A stretch of DNA of 64,000 nucleotides from the NCBI GenBank assembly GCA_965153455.1, contig OZ234493.1, forward strand, positions 8,980,213-9,044,212, in the 5' to 3' direction. Under the pieces are notes generated by a model. The model did no database searches, was not told the DNA's origin, and saw only the letters and a list, made by a program, of their open reading frames with translations. This document shows, one piece after another, positions 39,212 to 51,300 of this stretch. Each line of letters begins with the position of its first letter. Within the stretch, counting starts at the first letter, position 1. Both the position numbers and the translations under genes were made by a program. Source of the stretch: Sphagnum compactum (Eukaryota).

Positions 39212-39835
39212 GGAAAATTTGCCCTCGAAAAAGAAAAAGAAAAACCTGGTTTGGACTTTGGACCCAAAAGAAAAAAGCTCATAATTTGGAGAAACAAGAT
39301 GCAAGCTAAGGTCCAAGGAACTCAAGGATTCAATCTACTTGAAAATGAGTCCAAATTGTTTCGGAGGGATTTGAACCCTGGAACCCATCTAATCTAAAGT
39401 GGGCCTGGGCCTGAGCCTCTCTCCCGGTGTGAAAGCGGTTCCTAGTTCCGACCTCCTTCGATCGCGAGAAAGGTTACCGTTTGGGACCCGCGATTCCGCG
39501 ATTTGGAATCGCGGCAGCCCCGGTGCCGCCCGCCGCTTTCACGTTCCCGCGCGTATTGGCCCTCCGCACTGCAAGAGAGAAAACGGTCTCATCGATGATG
39601 TCTCGGGAATCGAAGCGAGGTTGAGAGAGAGAGAGAGAGAGAGAGAAATGAGGCAACCCAATATGGCGTGGAGAATACCAGCTTCGAGATCGGAGCCTGC
39701 AGAGGTGAAGCTCCGACGTCCGGAGCCATGGATAGATAGGATAGTGTAGAGTAGAGTAGAGTAGAGTGAAATTTGTGGAAGCTGAGAGAGAGAGAGGGGA
39801 AAGGGGAAAAGGGTCTTTTGAAAACGTTCGACAAG

Positions 39836-42800
39836 ATGGAGGAGGCGCTAATGCATTATGTTTTGAGCCTGGAGGAGGTGATGAAGATGCAATGTGTGCC
39901 GCAATACATGCAGCAGAAGCAGCATTGCTTGAACACTATCAACATGACCACCACGGGCTTTCTAGACTGGTTGCCCATGCAACGCCCTCCCAACAACAAT
40001 AGTAAGCGGCAGAAGGGAACTTTTAGCCTGCAGCAGTTTGGACAGAGTCCGAGGTTTTTGGACAAGGAGAACCTGGTGAACTCTCAATCGGTGGTGCCTC
40101 TTTCTCCTTTTCCCGAATACTCTGGGACAATTTCTTTCTCAAAGTTGGTAGAGAAGTCAGGGAGGATCTTTGGTCATGCGTCCAGCTTCAGACAACGACA
40201 GCAGGAGGCGCCAAGCGACTTTTTCGCGGCGGTGGGAAGCAAAGAAACTGGTGGAGAACTGGCGTGCCAGAAGAGGAGGACATTGAGGAGGCGGGGGGGA
40301 CCGGAGGCAGTTAGTCAGCGTCTTCTACTGGAGACGGAAGAGTCAAGCTGGGATTGTATTCAACAAGAGAGGGAAAGAGAAAACGTAAGTGAGGAGGGGA
40401 AGGATATGGACAAACCTATGGACCTAGTTCATACGCCTGCAGTATCGTCCTCTGTGACGACGGCCAGGAGAGGAGGCATCAAACGGGATAGAAAAGCGGC
40501 TTCTGGTGCCAGACCTGTAACTCGTGCTTCACGTCGTCTCGCGTGTTCTTCTGCAAAGCAGGATGAAGCACATGGAGAGCTCCAGGAGGAAAGTGTAGCA
40601 GCAACAGTGGTCAATGTGCCGCCCAGAAAGGCACCACCACACCTGAAGAATCAAACTGGCAGAAAAAAAGCTGCTATTTTGCTCACACCAGTGGAAGAAC
40701 CTGAAGTCAAAACTCGAAATGCAGAGCCCATGAACATGGGAAGTTCAGATGCTGATGGAAATGCTCAAATCATGGCTGCAGGAACACAGATGAGAGAGCC
40801 AGTATTCCAAGTGCCTCAATTCAGAGCAGAAGACATAGATGAAGATTCAATCCTTAATATAAATTCTGATGCAGCAGCACCAAAATCTGGTATTATTGTA
40901 GCAGATGTGCAGAAGAAGCAACCCTTGAAAAAGACACCTCTTTGTGGAGAGAATATTTCAGCTGCCATTTTGGAAGAGCTAACTGCCAGAGTCATGTGTT
41001 CTGGTCAGAAAAACATGGCCATTCTTGAGGAATCTGCAGCAGGAGAACCTCACAATGTGAGACTAGGTCTGGCCTGGGAGAAGACTGATGCCATGCTCAC
41101 TGGTGAACCACTAGCTATAAATAAGTATGGTCACAGAGATTCAAACATTGTTCAGGAGGAAGCATTTCCTCCTGTTTCCCAGGCACAGGGAGGAGAAGTT
41201 GGTAAAAAATTGATGGTTGGTGAAGTCAATAGGGAGGTTGTTCAGGTATCTGGAGCAGTATTATCAAGTGCCATGGAAAGCTGTCGAGTTAGGAAGGACC
41301 CAATCTTTAATTGTAGGGAGAATCTCCAGCTGAGTGGGAGCACAGTAGGAAATAGCAAAGAGCTCAAATGTGCAAACTTTGTTAGGCGGTCTAGAGCAGC
41401 AGAACAATTTGGCTCGGCACTAGATGAACTGCCTTCTGGGAACATAGATCATTGCGAAATAGAGGTATCACCTTCTGATTTGCACCCTCAGGTCAATGAA
41501 TCTGAAACAGGGGTCACAAGCAACAAGCCTGAGAACAGGGGCATGGTTGGGCAAATTGAAAGGTCTCCCCTTGATTCACCAGCTGAGCTTGCACATATGT
41601 CCCGTCACACAGTTCCAGAAGCTTCACTAGCCTGTGCAATAGGCGGTAATTCTTTTGACCATCATCCTCAAGCTTATATGCTTCTGCTATTTTTTGTATG
41701 CATTGTTGACAGTGAGAGGGACGGGCAAATCAATTTTGACAATGTTGCATACTGAGTTCTTTGCAGAAGACAAGGCACCTTTTGAGTGGAGTTCAGAATC
41801 AAAATGCACAATGGGTTTTGTAGGAACAGGTGTGGAGGTTGCTGGATTCGTGGATACCGGAGCCCGAGAATTGAAGAAGAGTGCTTTTTCTTTAACTGTA
41901 GAGGATTCTGGGTTTCAACCAGATTCTGGTGACATGGAAGTTCCTGTGACAAGAAATACAACATTGGATTATGAAGAGGCCAAGGAATGTGGTTCAGAGA
42001 AGACAGTTCTTGTCAAGCCTGAAGTGTCATCTGTCCATGGAATTATATCTCAGACAGGTGATTGTGAGCTTGATCAAGTGCCTGATAGGGACATCTGTCT
42101 TGCAAGCAAGGATAGAGAGGCCCCTATGGTGGAAGATGAAGAAAAAGTTTCTTCAGGTGACCCAGAGTGTCATGAATTGAAAGATATAGAATCTGAAGCA
42201 GAATTATTATTGAAGCAACAGCAATCTGAAATGCAACTCTCCACTGATGATGGGAAACTGATTCCTTTTACACTGCCTGAGAATTGTGAAGCTCTTGATG
42301 CCTCTCCAGATGTGGGCAGGCAAGATGTGCAGTTTCAGCAGGAGGTGAACCCAGAGTGCATTGTCACTTTGGATTGCTGCCACTATCAGAAAAGGCTCTC
42401 ACCCAGATCCAAGGCCAGGGCCAGACGATGGCGATCTGATCTGGGCTTAAGTGGAAAGGGACAGCTGCGTTCTGTTGTTTTCACCGATACACCTGAAAGG
42501 ATCTTACCTGTGCATAGAGATTGCGCAGACATGGTTGAGTGTGGTGTCTGTTCTCCACCCTTGCAAGAGAAAGCAAAAGTTTCACTGACTCCAACATTTA
42601 TGGAGGTTAGCTATGGGCTTGAGCCAAACTCACAACAAAAGCCACAGCAGGTAACAAAGTATGCTTGCACTTAAACCACTCAGATCTCAGAGATATGTGT
42701 ATTGGATTTTCTTACTAAGAAAGAAGTAAGAGGCTTGTGTCCTTCATCCATCTAGTGGACATCAGTGATGTTGGAAGAGTGAAATATGGAGGATTCTACT

Positions 42801-45800
42801 TCACTCCTCTGGTTGTCACTACTATTCATCATGAAGGTGATGGTCTGGCACTTTGTGAGCAACTCTCAGAAGGTTATGACTGCACTTGTTGTGTTACCTT
42901 CAATTATTCTTCTGGAGATTTCTCTGTTGTTTCACAGATACACTTCCTTGTTTGATTTTTTCTGTTTTACCGTCTTGTTTTGTCCCCAATCTGTCTTTAT
43001 TCCCTTTTTTATTTCCATCTCTTTTATGCCAGCATTTTGGCTGAATCCTTTGATCACTCCTGACAGAATTCCAGAATGTCTGGTTGATGTCTGAACATTG
43101 ACCTCCACCTACTGCCAGGAGCTGATGAAGTGATTGGGGATGTTATGGTAGCTGGTCACTACCATACACGTTGCTGTTGAAAGTAACTGGAACATGTGAT
43201 GCTGACAATTGTTCTTCAGACCATCGGTCATGTGCAAGAATTGTCAGCATTGTTGATACCTCTTCTCAGTTATTTCTGTTTTTTTGCCACATGGGTCTCA
43301 CCTTTTTCCTGTTTGCTGATGTAGAGTTGGATCTGAAATCTCTCTGATATTTGTATCAAGTCATCTCTCAATTCTATTCAGGTTGAACTATGGAGGAGTT
43401 ATTGATACTTCTGATTATATGAGTGTTTGACATTTCAGTTTTGTTGCATGTAGGCATCTGAAAGGCACCTGTACAAAGAAGCATTTAGCCAAGAATTTCA
43501 AGATGGCGATCCAGACACAGATGATTGCAAGGACCATGAGCTTCTGGAGTCTTCAGCTGCTGATAAGGTAAGGGCTGTTTTTCTATTAACAAACCTCAAG
43601 TCATACCAGACTCAGGTCAGACACACTGTTCCATTGGTGGAAGGCCATGCTATGTATGCTTGGAACCAAAGTTAGACTAATAGTATGCCATTGCACGAGA
43701 AACAATGACAGTATCACACAAACTGTCTTGTGCAGCAACATGAGAGCTCGACTGCTTCACCTCTGCTAATGAGCATCAGAGTTTCTCAAGACAGGTTATC
43801 AAGTGCTCTTGACTTTCGCCAAAAACCTGAACAAGAAGAGTTGGAGCAGTCATGTAACATATCTGCAGAATTGTCAGTTGAGAAGGTCTTGCCAGTGACA
43901 TCAGCTTCAAGAGCCACACCATCTGGTGCATCCATTTCAAGGGCCTACAAATCAGACAACCCATGTGTTTCAAACCCTTTTACTATTCAGTTGGATCTGC
44001 CAACCTCCAGACTTGGTCACATGTTATCTGCCACTCAAGATCTCTTTAGGCCTGTTCACCCCAATGTTGTTAGACTTCCTGCAATTCCTACTATGCATAC
44101 AGCCTGCACCAATGTAAAATCCACATTTACTAGTCCTATTGTCTCCACACCTTCTCGTCCCCATCCAGTTATCTTTAGAGAACCAAGCCCTGAATTAAAC
44201 AAGGCAGTTGACATGAATGTTGCAGTCATCAACCTTCCTCATCTTTCTTCTGTTTTCTGCAGTCAAGCAAGAGTAGATCCAGCTCCTTCCAAACCCTTCA
44301 GTTCAATCAGCCCTACTGCGGTTCCATCTAGTCTAGAAAACTTGACAGTTTGTCTAGAGCAAGTTACTGTTGCTGCAGTTTCAGCGAATGTGAGCCCTAG
44401 AAGTCCTAAAACTGCTGCATTGGCCACTACCTATAGTCCAGCTTTCTCAAGTTCCGTTGACCATCACGAAGCTGGTTCACTGCGAACGAGACCAGAAGCA
44501 GTTTCAAATGCAGTTGGCCACAGTCCACTCAGCTTTGGAGATACATTTTCCATGGTTCCTAGGCAACTTGATGCTGGAAGATTTTTGAAAGAAGCATCTA
44601 CAAGCAAGTCTTATGAGCTGGTGCCACAGGAGATGAGCACAGAAATGGTTGTCACCTGCAAACCCAGTGATACCTTGATTCAGAAAAGAAGTACAAAAGA
44701 TGGAGAGGCTTTTGCAACCCATAGAACGTCTTCATTGGCCAAGGGGTTTGAAACTTCTGAGATGGTAGCAGAGGCTCTACTCTCTGTTCTACCCAGTTCT
44801 CCAATGCATGAGGATTATGCTTGTGCACCTCCAAAAGGGATCAGAAGAGTGAATGATAAGGATAATCTGAAACATGTGTCCCAAGCAAGCTCAAAAGAAG
44901 ATGAGCATCCTGGTCAACTCTGTAACACTCTCAGACAAGAATACCCATCTGTATCTCCTCCTCATGTTTGTGTCCAGAGCTTTTCAGTTGAATCTTTCAA
45001 AGATGATTTTAAGGGGTCTTGCAGAGTGCCAGATAGAGTAGTGGAGGAAGCTGCCAGAAGGATCTCAAACTTGACATCCTCAGCAACTAAGGCTGGACTT
45101 GCTGGTTGCAATGGTGCTGCATTTCCCTGTCCAATGGATTCTTTGAATCATGGTGCACCCTTACCAGTTCTCTCCTGTCCAAAAGAGGGGGCACAGAAAC
45201 TGCTTTCTTCTGAGGTTTCATCATCCTTCCAAGTTCAGTCTTTACAGAAGAGTTTCCCTTCAGAACCTCTTGCAGACATTGCTGAGAAGCAACGTTTTTT
45301 CTTCAACACTCCAGAGTCTGATACTTCCATGAAACTTGCACGACATGCTTCTTCAAAGTTTCCAGGTATGCTTGCCCATAAAATTAGCTCATCTGAAAGC
45401 TGCAGTTCATTGGGGCAAGTTCCCAGGCCTCATGCTTGGTCAAATCTTGTCCACATGGATTCAGCTGGAGGGACAACAGCAGTCACAGTGGCACCAATTT
45501 CTGTGTCTGATGGGGCTACCAATCCATTGAGCAAGCACCCCAACCTTTCTCTTCCCAAACACAGTCCCCAGTCTGAATATTGTGGAAGTTTGGTTGGTGC
45601 CGCATTTTGTGGGAACTCAAGCAGTTCAAATCTCTTGGGATCAAATTTGGTATCAAGCATGCGATCCTTTCTTCCCCTTATTCAGCAGCAACAAATACAA
45701 CAGCAACAAATACAATACGCAACTGGTGAGCTTTGCAGACATTGTTGCAACAGAGCAGAGAGATCCTGATCAAACTATACTGCCTTTTCTGCTTCTGAGT

Positions 45801-48386
45801 CTGATTTATTTGAACTGACAAATGTGAGAGAGACAATTGCAGGTAAACATGATGTGAAAGTGAAGGCACTAGAAGCAGCTGAAGCTGCAAAGAGGCAGGA
45901 AGAACAACGCATGGAAGAACGGCAAGCGCGCAAAAAAGCAATGGAATTTGCAAAAAAAGCAAAAGAAAGAACTATTCAAGAAAAGATGAAAGAAGAACAA
46001 GCAATATTGAAGAAAGAGATTCAGGAGAAAAGTAAAGCTGCTAATGAGATCCTGAGACAAAAGGGTGTTTCAGTGGGCACTGTTAAGACACTGTTTACTG
46101 ACACATCAAGCAAGTTCAACTCAAACAATCATGGTACACTTTCCAAGGTAAATTTGAGGTTGTTCTGTAACTGTTCCCTTTTCATTGCCATAGAAATGGT
46201 CTTGGCACAAAACCTCCGTTGTTGTCTGGAAGAAGTCACCACTAATTATATCCTCCCATGGTTTCTTTCCAGGAAGCAGATCTGAAAGGAAGTTTAGAGA
46301 ACTTGGTTATCACTGGTTATCATGACTATGATGCTGCCATGTGTTTTATAGATGCTCTCCAGCCAAATTAGAGGGTTACCAGAAGCATTCTCTACATCTC
46401 AAGCATATGCAATGTTCTCAACTTTTGCAAATGAAGTTCTTAAGAATGTAAATGAAGTCCTTGAGAATATAGGGAGTGCTTAAAAATGCAATGTTGACAG
46501 GTGAAACGGGCAATTGAGATGAGATCAAAGCTGGAAGAGAACCGAGAAAAGCTTCAGGAAGAGCGAAGGAGAAAGGAAGAAAATTGGAAAAGGAAGGAAT
46601 TAGAGAGTGCAGCTCACAAGCAGAGGCAAGAAATGACAGAGAGGAAAGAGAGAGAAGAAAAACGGAAGCGCCAAGAAGCAGCTATGAAGTGGCATCGACC
46701 CATTGAAAAGCGGCATCAACCAGAATTAGAGAAGGAGAATAAGCCCAGATCCATGGTACTCTTCAGATGTCACTCCATTTTAATGAGTTGAGTTCATCAA
46801 TCAGCTCCTCCAATCTTTTGACTGTTTGTATACCCTCAATTTTTTTCCTTAATCATCAAGGTGTAAGATGAATCTGCTGTTGTGGGATATATCAGGGAGT
46901 ACACAATCGTGAGATAAGGGCGATGGAAGAGATGAGCCAGTCAAATCAACTGGATTATGAAAGTCATAGGGCACATGAGCACAGATGTAAAATCAATATC
47001 ATTGGCAACCTCAAAACAGAAGAGTGGCTTCAAACCCAGAAGGTAGTGACAAAAGACCCATCAGCTGATTGTCATCTTGTTCATAGCATGGTTCAAACGG
47101 AAGCTACTGTGTTCTGATTACTAGTGGGTGTGACTTTTGCAGGTGGCTCGCATAACTGGGAGCCTTGGACAAGCTTGCACAGGGCTAACAAAAGACAGTC
47201 TGCCTTTGTTGGTGCCTCGAAATGATGGTCATGGAACTGGAATGACTGTCTTAGATGGTCGTTACTTGCAGTCTGCTATTAGTCGGCCAAGTAGGCCTAG
47301 GGAGATTGGACCTCCAATGAGAGTTCTTCGAGCTACCGCTGAAGGTTTGCATGGTGGACAAGGAAATCTTTTGCACACACCTCCTGACTTCTGCACCCTC
47401 GGTAGCAGTAGGGGCATTGCAAACCCTGACACAGGCTTGCAAAAATCCAACTATCTTCAGAGCCAGATGAGTGTACCAGTTCAAGGTTCTTTGCCATTGA
47501 AGGACTGCAAGGGCACCACATCTTGTCCAACTGGAATTTCAGGTCTGCCCCTGCAAATCTAAATTGAGGAAATTCTATGCTATTATGATGATGAATAGTT
47601 GTTTGGTTCTTGGGCTTGATGTTCTGTCCCGTTGTGGAAATTCTGCAGCAGGCCAACCACTCTTTTGTGGGCTAACAGAAGAGACATTTCCAAAATCATA
47701 TGAATTGTCACCCTATCAAGATTCTTCAGAAGGTGAAGATTCTCAAGATGGACAGAACCGAGTGAAAAAAGAAATTCCTCAATGGGCAAGGTGGCAACTC
47801 TAATCCCTTGTTGCACGAGTAGGGTGTTCTCAATAGGACCCATGAAGCTTTTGCAGCCATGATTGCCTTAATTCTGCTGATGAGACAAGTCCATTAGTTT
47901 ACGGTGGAGAACTTCAATGGTCAACTTTCTTGATGTGTACTTTATAAGTGACTTCAAGTCTATATATAATGTACATTCTTTGGTCATGTTGAGGGGTGCA
48001 GTCTCAAGGACTGAATTTGATTTCTGCTTGTCATGAATAGGTCAGAGAATCTGACAATCCAGCTCACAAGGCAGTTGGAGCAGGATCCAGATGAAATATT
48101 TTCAGGTGCAATGTCATGCAGTCTTAGTGAAGGTAACAATCTCTGAACTGCCTTATGAAGAGTAGGCTTTGGGCCATCACGTAGTTCTAGGCTCAGTTGG
48201 CAAATAAAGAATGCAGAAAGGGGTGTTCATTAACCTGATCTTTGTATGTTTGCAGTGTTTGGAACTACAGGGTCTCACAAGAGGCCGGAATTCATACGAC
48301 GAGGCAGCAGTGGTGACTGGGATAAAGACCGTGTGACATGGCAGGAAAAAATTCGGTACAAAATGTCCATGGGCTACCTTCATTGA
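39836..48386 (+). CDS. INCENP: Inner centromere protein (INCENP/WYRD-like), very long, C-terminal IN-box (Aurora-binding)
   Basis: Exons 39836-41645, 41767-42650, 43454-43567, 43736-45725, 45843-46147, 46501-46755, ~46895-47042, ~47143-47542, ~47650-47789, 48041-48132 and 48256-48386 (the middle-3' boundaries are less certain). Motifs: NLVSSMRSFLPLIQQQ, GKHDVKVKALEAAEAAKR, an E/K/R coiled coil, SYELSPYQDSSEGED...KKEIPQWAR, QLEQDPDEIF...CSLSEVF, RRGSSGDW. Confidence 0.88.
42800..43150 (+). repeat. Two fragments of the intron-resident dispersed repeat (INCENP intron 2)
   Basis: 42825-42925 (tgaaggtgatggtctggcactttgtgagcaactctcagaaggttatgactgcact...gtgttacctt...tggagatttctctg) is a near reverse complement of 23065-23170. 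43095-43150 (ctgatgaagtg...agctggtcactaccat) matches 7660-7720. Confidence 0.75.
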
Positions 48387-51300
48387 ACCTGCTCGTTAGT
48401 TGCTGCCAGACTCCCAAACCGTCTGATGGGTACACTGTAATTGACCTGCAACCAAGTCCTCCTTTATGTGTCTTGCACAGTAGAATCCCACCCACTTCCT
48501 TTGTCCTCTGGTTCATGCAAGAAACAAATGGAAATGTTTCTGGGAAAGGAGTATTGTACAATTTGTAGCAAGTGGTCTCTTATGTTAATGGTGCGACACA
48601 ACTAGATTGCTGTTCGAGTGCTTGTCTTCTTCTGATTTGGTAGAGATCAGTGAGACTTCTACAATTCCCAGTGTCAGGAATTGAGAGTGTTTCCAAGTTT
48701 GGGAGGAGCAGCAACATCATCCTAGGGTTTCCCAAGGAACTTGTAGCAGAGGTGACTAGTTTGGTGACGAAGCTTTGAAATTCTTGGCCTGCATCCATGC
48801 TCACATTTTTGACCATAATGATTTGGCCAAAGTTATATTATAGAGAACTCACGTATACATGGTATTGGAAACCTCAACATTTATGTCGTGAGTCCCATTA
48901 GGATGTATCATTTAAGTTCTCTTCCTATGATTAGTGCCTTAGTAAATTATTCCAACTTACCATAGAGAACAATAGCTTCGATCTGTGCTTTTGAACAGAG
49001 AATGCTGCTAAATTGAAAGGGTTCTTCATCTCTTTGGATGCAGCTGGAAGCAATGAAACTTTACAATTAAAATCTTGAATTTCAGCATGATGTTCTGTGT
49101 ATGCTCACAGAAGTGAATCTTCGCAGGCATGTCTGAATTGATTTCCTTTGGAGCAAAATTAGACAGGTTTCATGTTCAAATGCATTTGAAGATTATGAAC
49201 TGACATCCACTTGAGAACTATATCTGTGTACAAATACTATCATTGTGTTTACCAGTGTTTTTTTGGTCAGTTGAAGGTTTTAGCTGAGTTGGAGGCTAGT
49301 GCTCGGTTGAGCTGCAGATGTCACGTGGACACCAAGATTGTCAATTTGACCAACTAGATACATGACAGTGCGACGTAGGATCTTGAGGAAAGAAAAAATA
49401 TTGCTGGGTTCTGAACTGATTTGCAAAATTAGAGCTTTCTGAAGTGGCTTCTTGCAAGTGCTTGTTTTTATCCTATCCAAATTTTGATGAAAATGCAAGA
49501 GGGGAATTGAACCCCTTCCTGAAAACAGCCTTGCCCACTGTAACATGATGCTTAACCGCACTAACGAGAACAGTAGTACTGGATCTTAGTCGTGAATAGA
49601 CACTAAAGATTATGGATCATAGAAGCATGGACAACATTTTCAAAACTCAATCCCATGCACTGGTAACGATTCCTAGACAAGCTTCCTGATCAAAATCCCT
49701 GGGCATGAATAAGCTTGTTGAAAAAGCCATATGCCACAAGAAGTTCACATATATTACTTTAACTAATAGTTCTTCATGAATAGAAACTATGTGTAACAAT
49801 GGTTTTAGGATCCCGTTTAAATCTATGGGTGGGTTGAAAACAATCACATGATTGACTAATTTCTGGTGTTGCAATAAAATTGCAAACCGAAAGCACAATC
49901 TTTAATTCTCAATAATGAGGAGAGTGTGGGTGTTTCAGAATACAACGAACTTTTTAAGTTGAGCTCATAACCATTTTAAATTGCAAAATTCAAGAAGAGA
50001 AGGTGATTATTGTAGTTGAATCAAATTGATGATGAACTTGAGCTTGAAAACATTACTGAAAGTACCATTGAATGGGTTTGTAGAGAAGTCTGAATAGTCG
50101 TAGTATGAATTTAAAGGGATATAACTTTTGCCATTGGGTACATAATACTTAAATGGATGTAAATAGCAAGAACCAAAAAGCTTTATCAAATAAATATAAC
50201 TCATAAGAAGATAAAACTAACAAACACCATAAACAAATTTGGGCTTTGTCGACTTGAACCCCTTACCCTTGAAAATCTTTCCCTATATAATCTTTGCCAA
50301 CTTGATGAAGTTTGATTCACTCATCCACATCAAGAGGGTCATTTGTTCAACGTTGAATGGGATTATTTTCAACTCCTCATGGTCTTAATGATGGGAAAAC
50401 TCATCATCGTGGTTTTCCTAGTCATGTTGGGATTCCTTTCGAATGGTTTTATGATTAACCTTAGCCTTCCGAGTAGTTCCTTTTTCTTGTTTAATTGCTT
50501 TTGCCATTTACTTTTTTGGCTTTATCATATTCAACATGAGCTTGTTATTGGAATCCAAATTCCTATCATAACTATTATACTAAGTGATGCACCTCTAAGA
50601 TTATCAAATTTGGTATTGAGAGTAAAAGAAATTATTGATTTTCAAGTTTGCAACATAATACAAACATGCAAACCTTCAGCACATTCTCTAGCTCCCAAGA
50701 GAGAAATGAAATGAAAGTGAAAGCTCAAATTATTGTTCAAATTACAAATCCTATAATTTTGCAAGTTTATAATGCTTGTGTTAAACTTTTATTGAAATTT
50801 TTTAAAAATCAAATTTGTGACCCTTGATGAAACCTTTCCAACGCCATGTTACATGCTCAATTTCAAGGTCAAGTTTGACTTTTATTTCCCAAATTTGACT
50901 TTTATTTTAAGCTAGGAGTTAAATTGTTAATTTGATTCATGGTCATTCATTTGGCCATAACACTACGCTCACAATTTGCAATGGAAATTACAAACCAACT
51001 TTCAATGTTTATGTTCAAGACCTTTTCAATGACATTTTGGGCTTGCTCATGTTTATAATTTGCATTTCTGTCACAAATATATTTTATTCCATTAGATTCT
51101 AACCCCAAGGTAAGAAAATTATTTGGGAGTGTTGAGGCTCATTGTCTTGCACTTGTGGGAATGTGTTTGAGTCCTAAGACACAATATAAGTTGGTTGTAG
51201 TGTTTGGAAGGTTTTTTCATTTTTTATAAAATCACTAATTCCGATCCTTAGGGTGATTTTGAAAACCAATCAGTTTTTTTTTTTTTTTTTCATATTTTAA

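Noticed and set aside
39773..39835. GTG-initiated N-terminal extension of INCENP suggested by the ORF track
   Set aside because: It runs through GA microsatellite leader sequence, and an in-frame ATG in good context (AAGATGG) lies at 39836.
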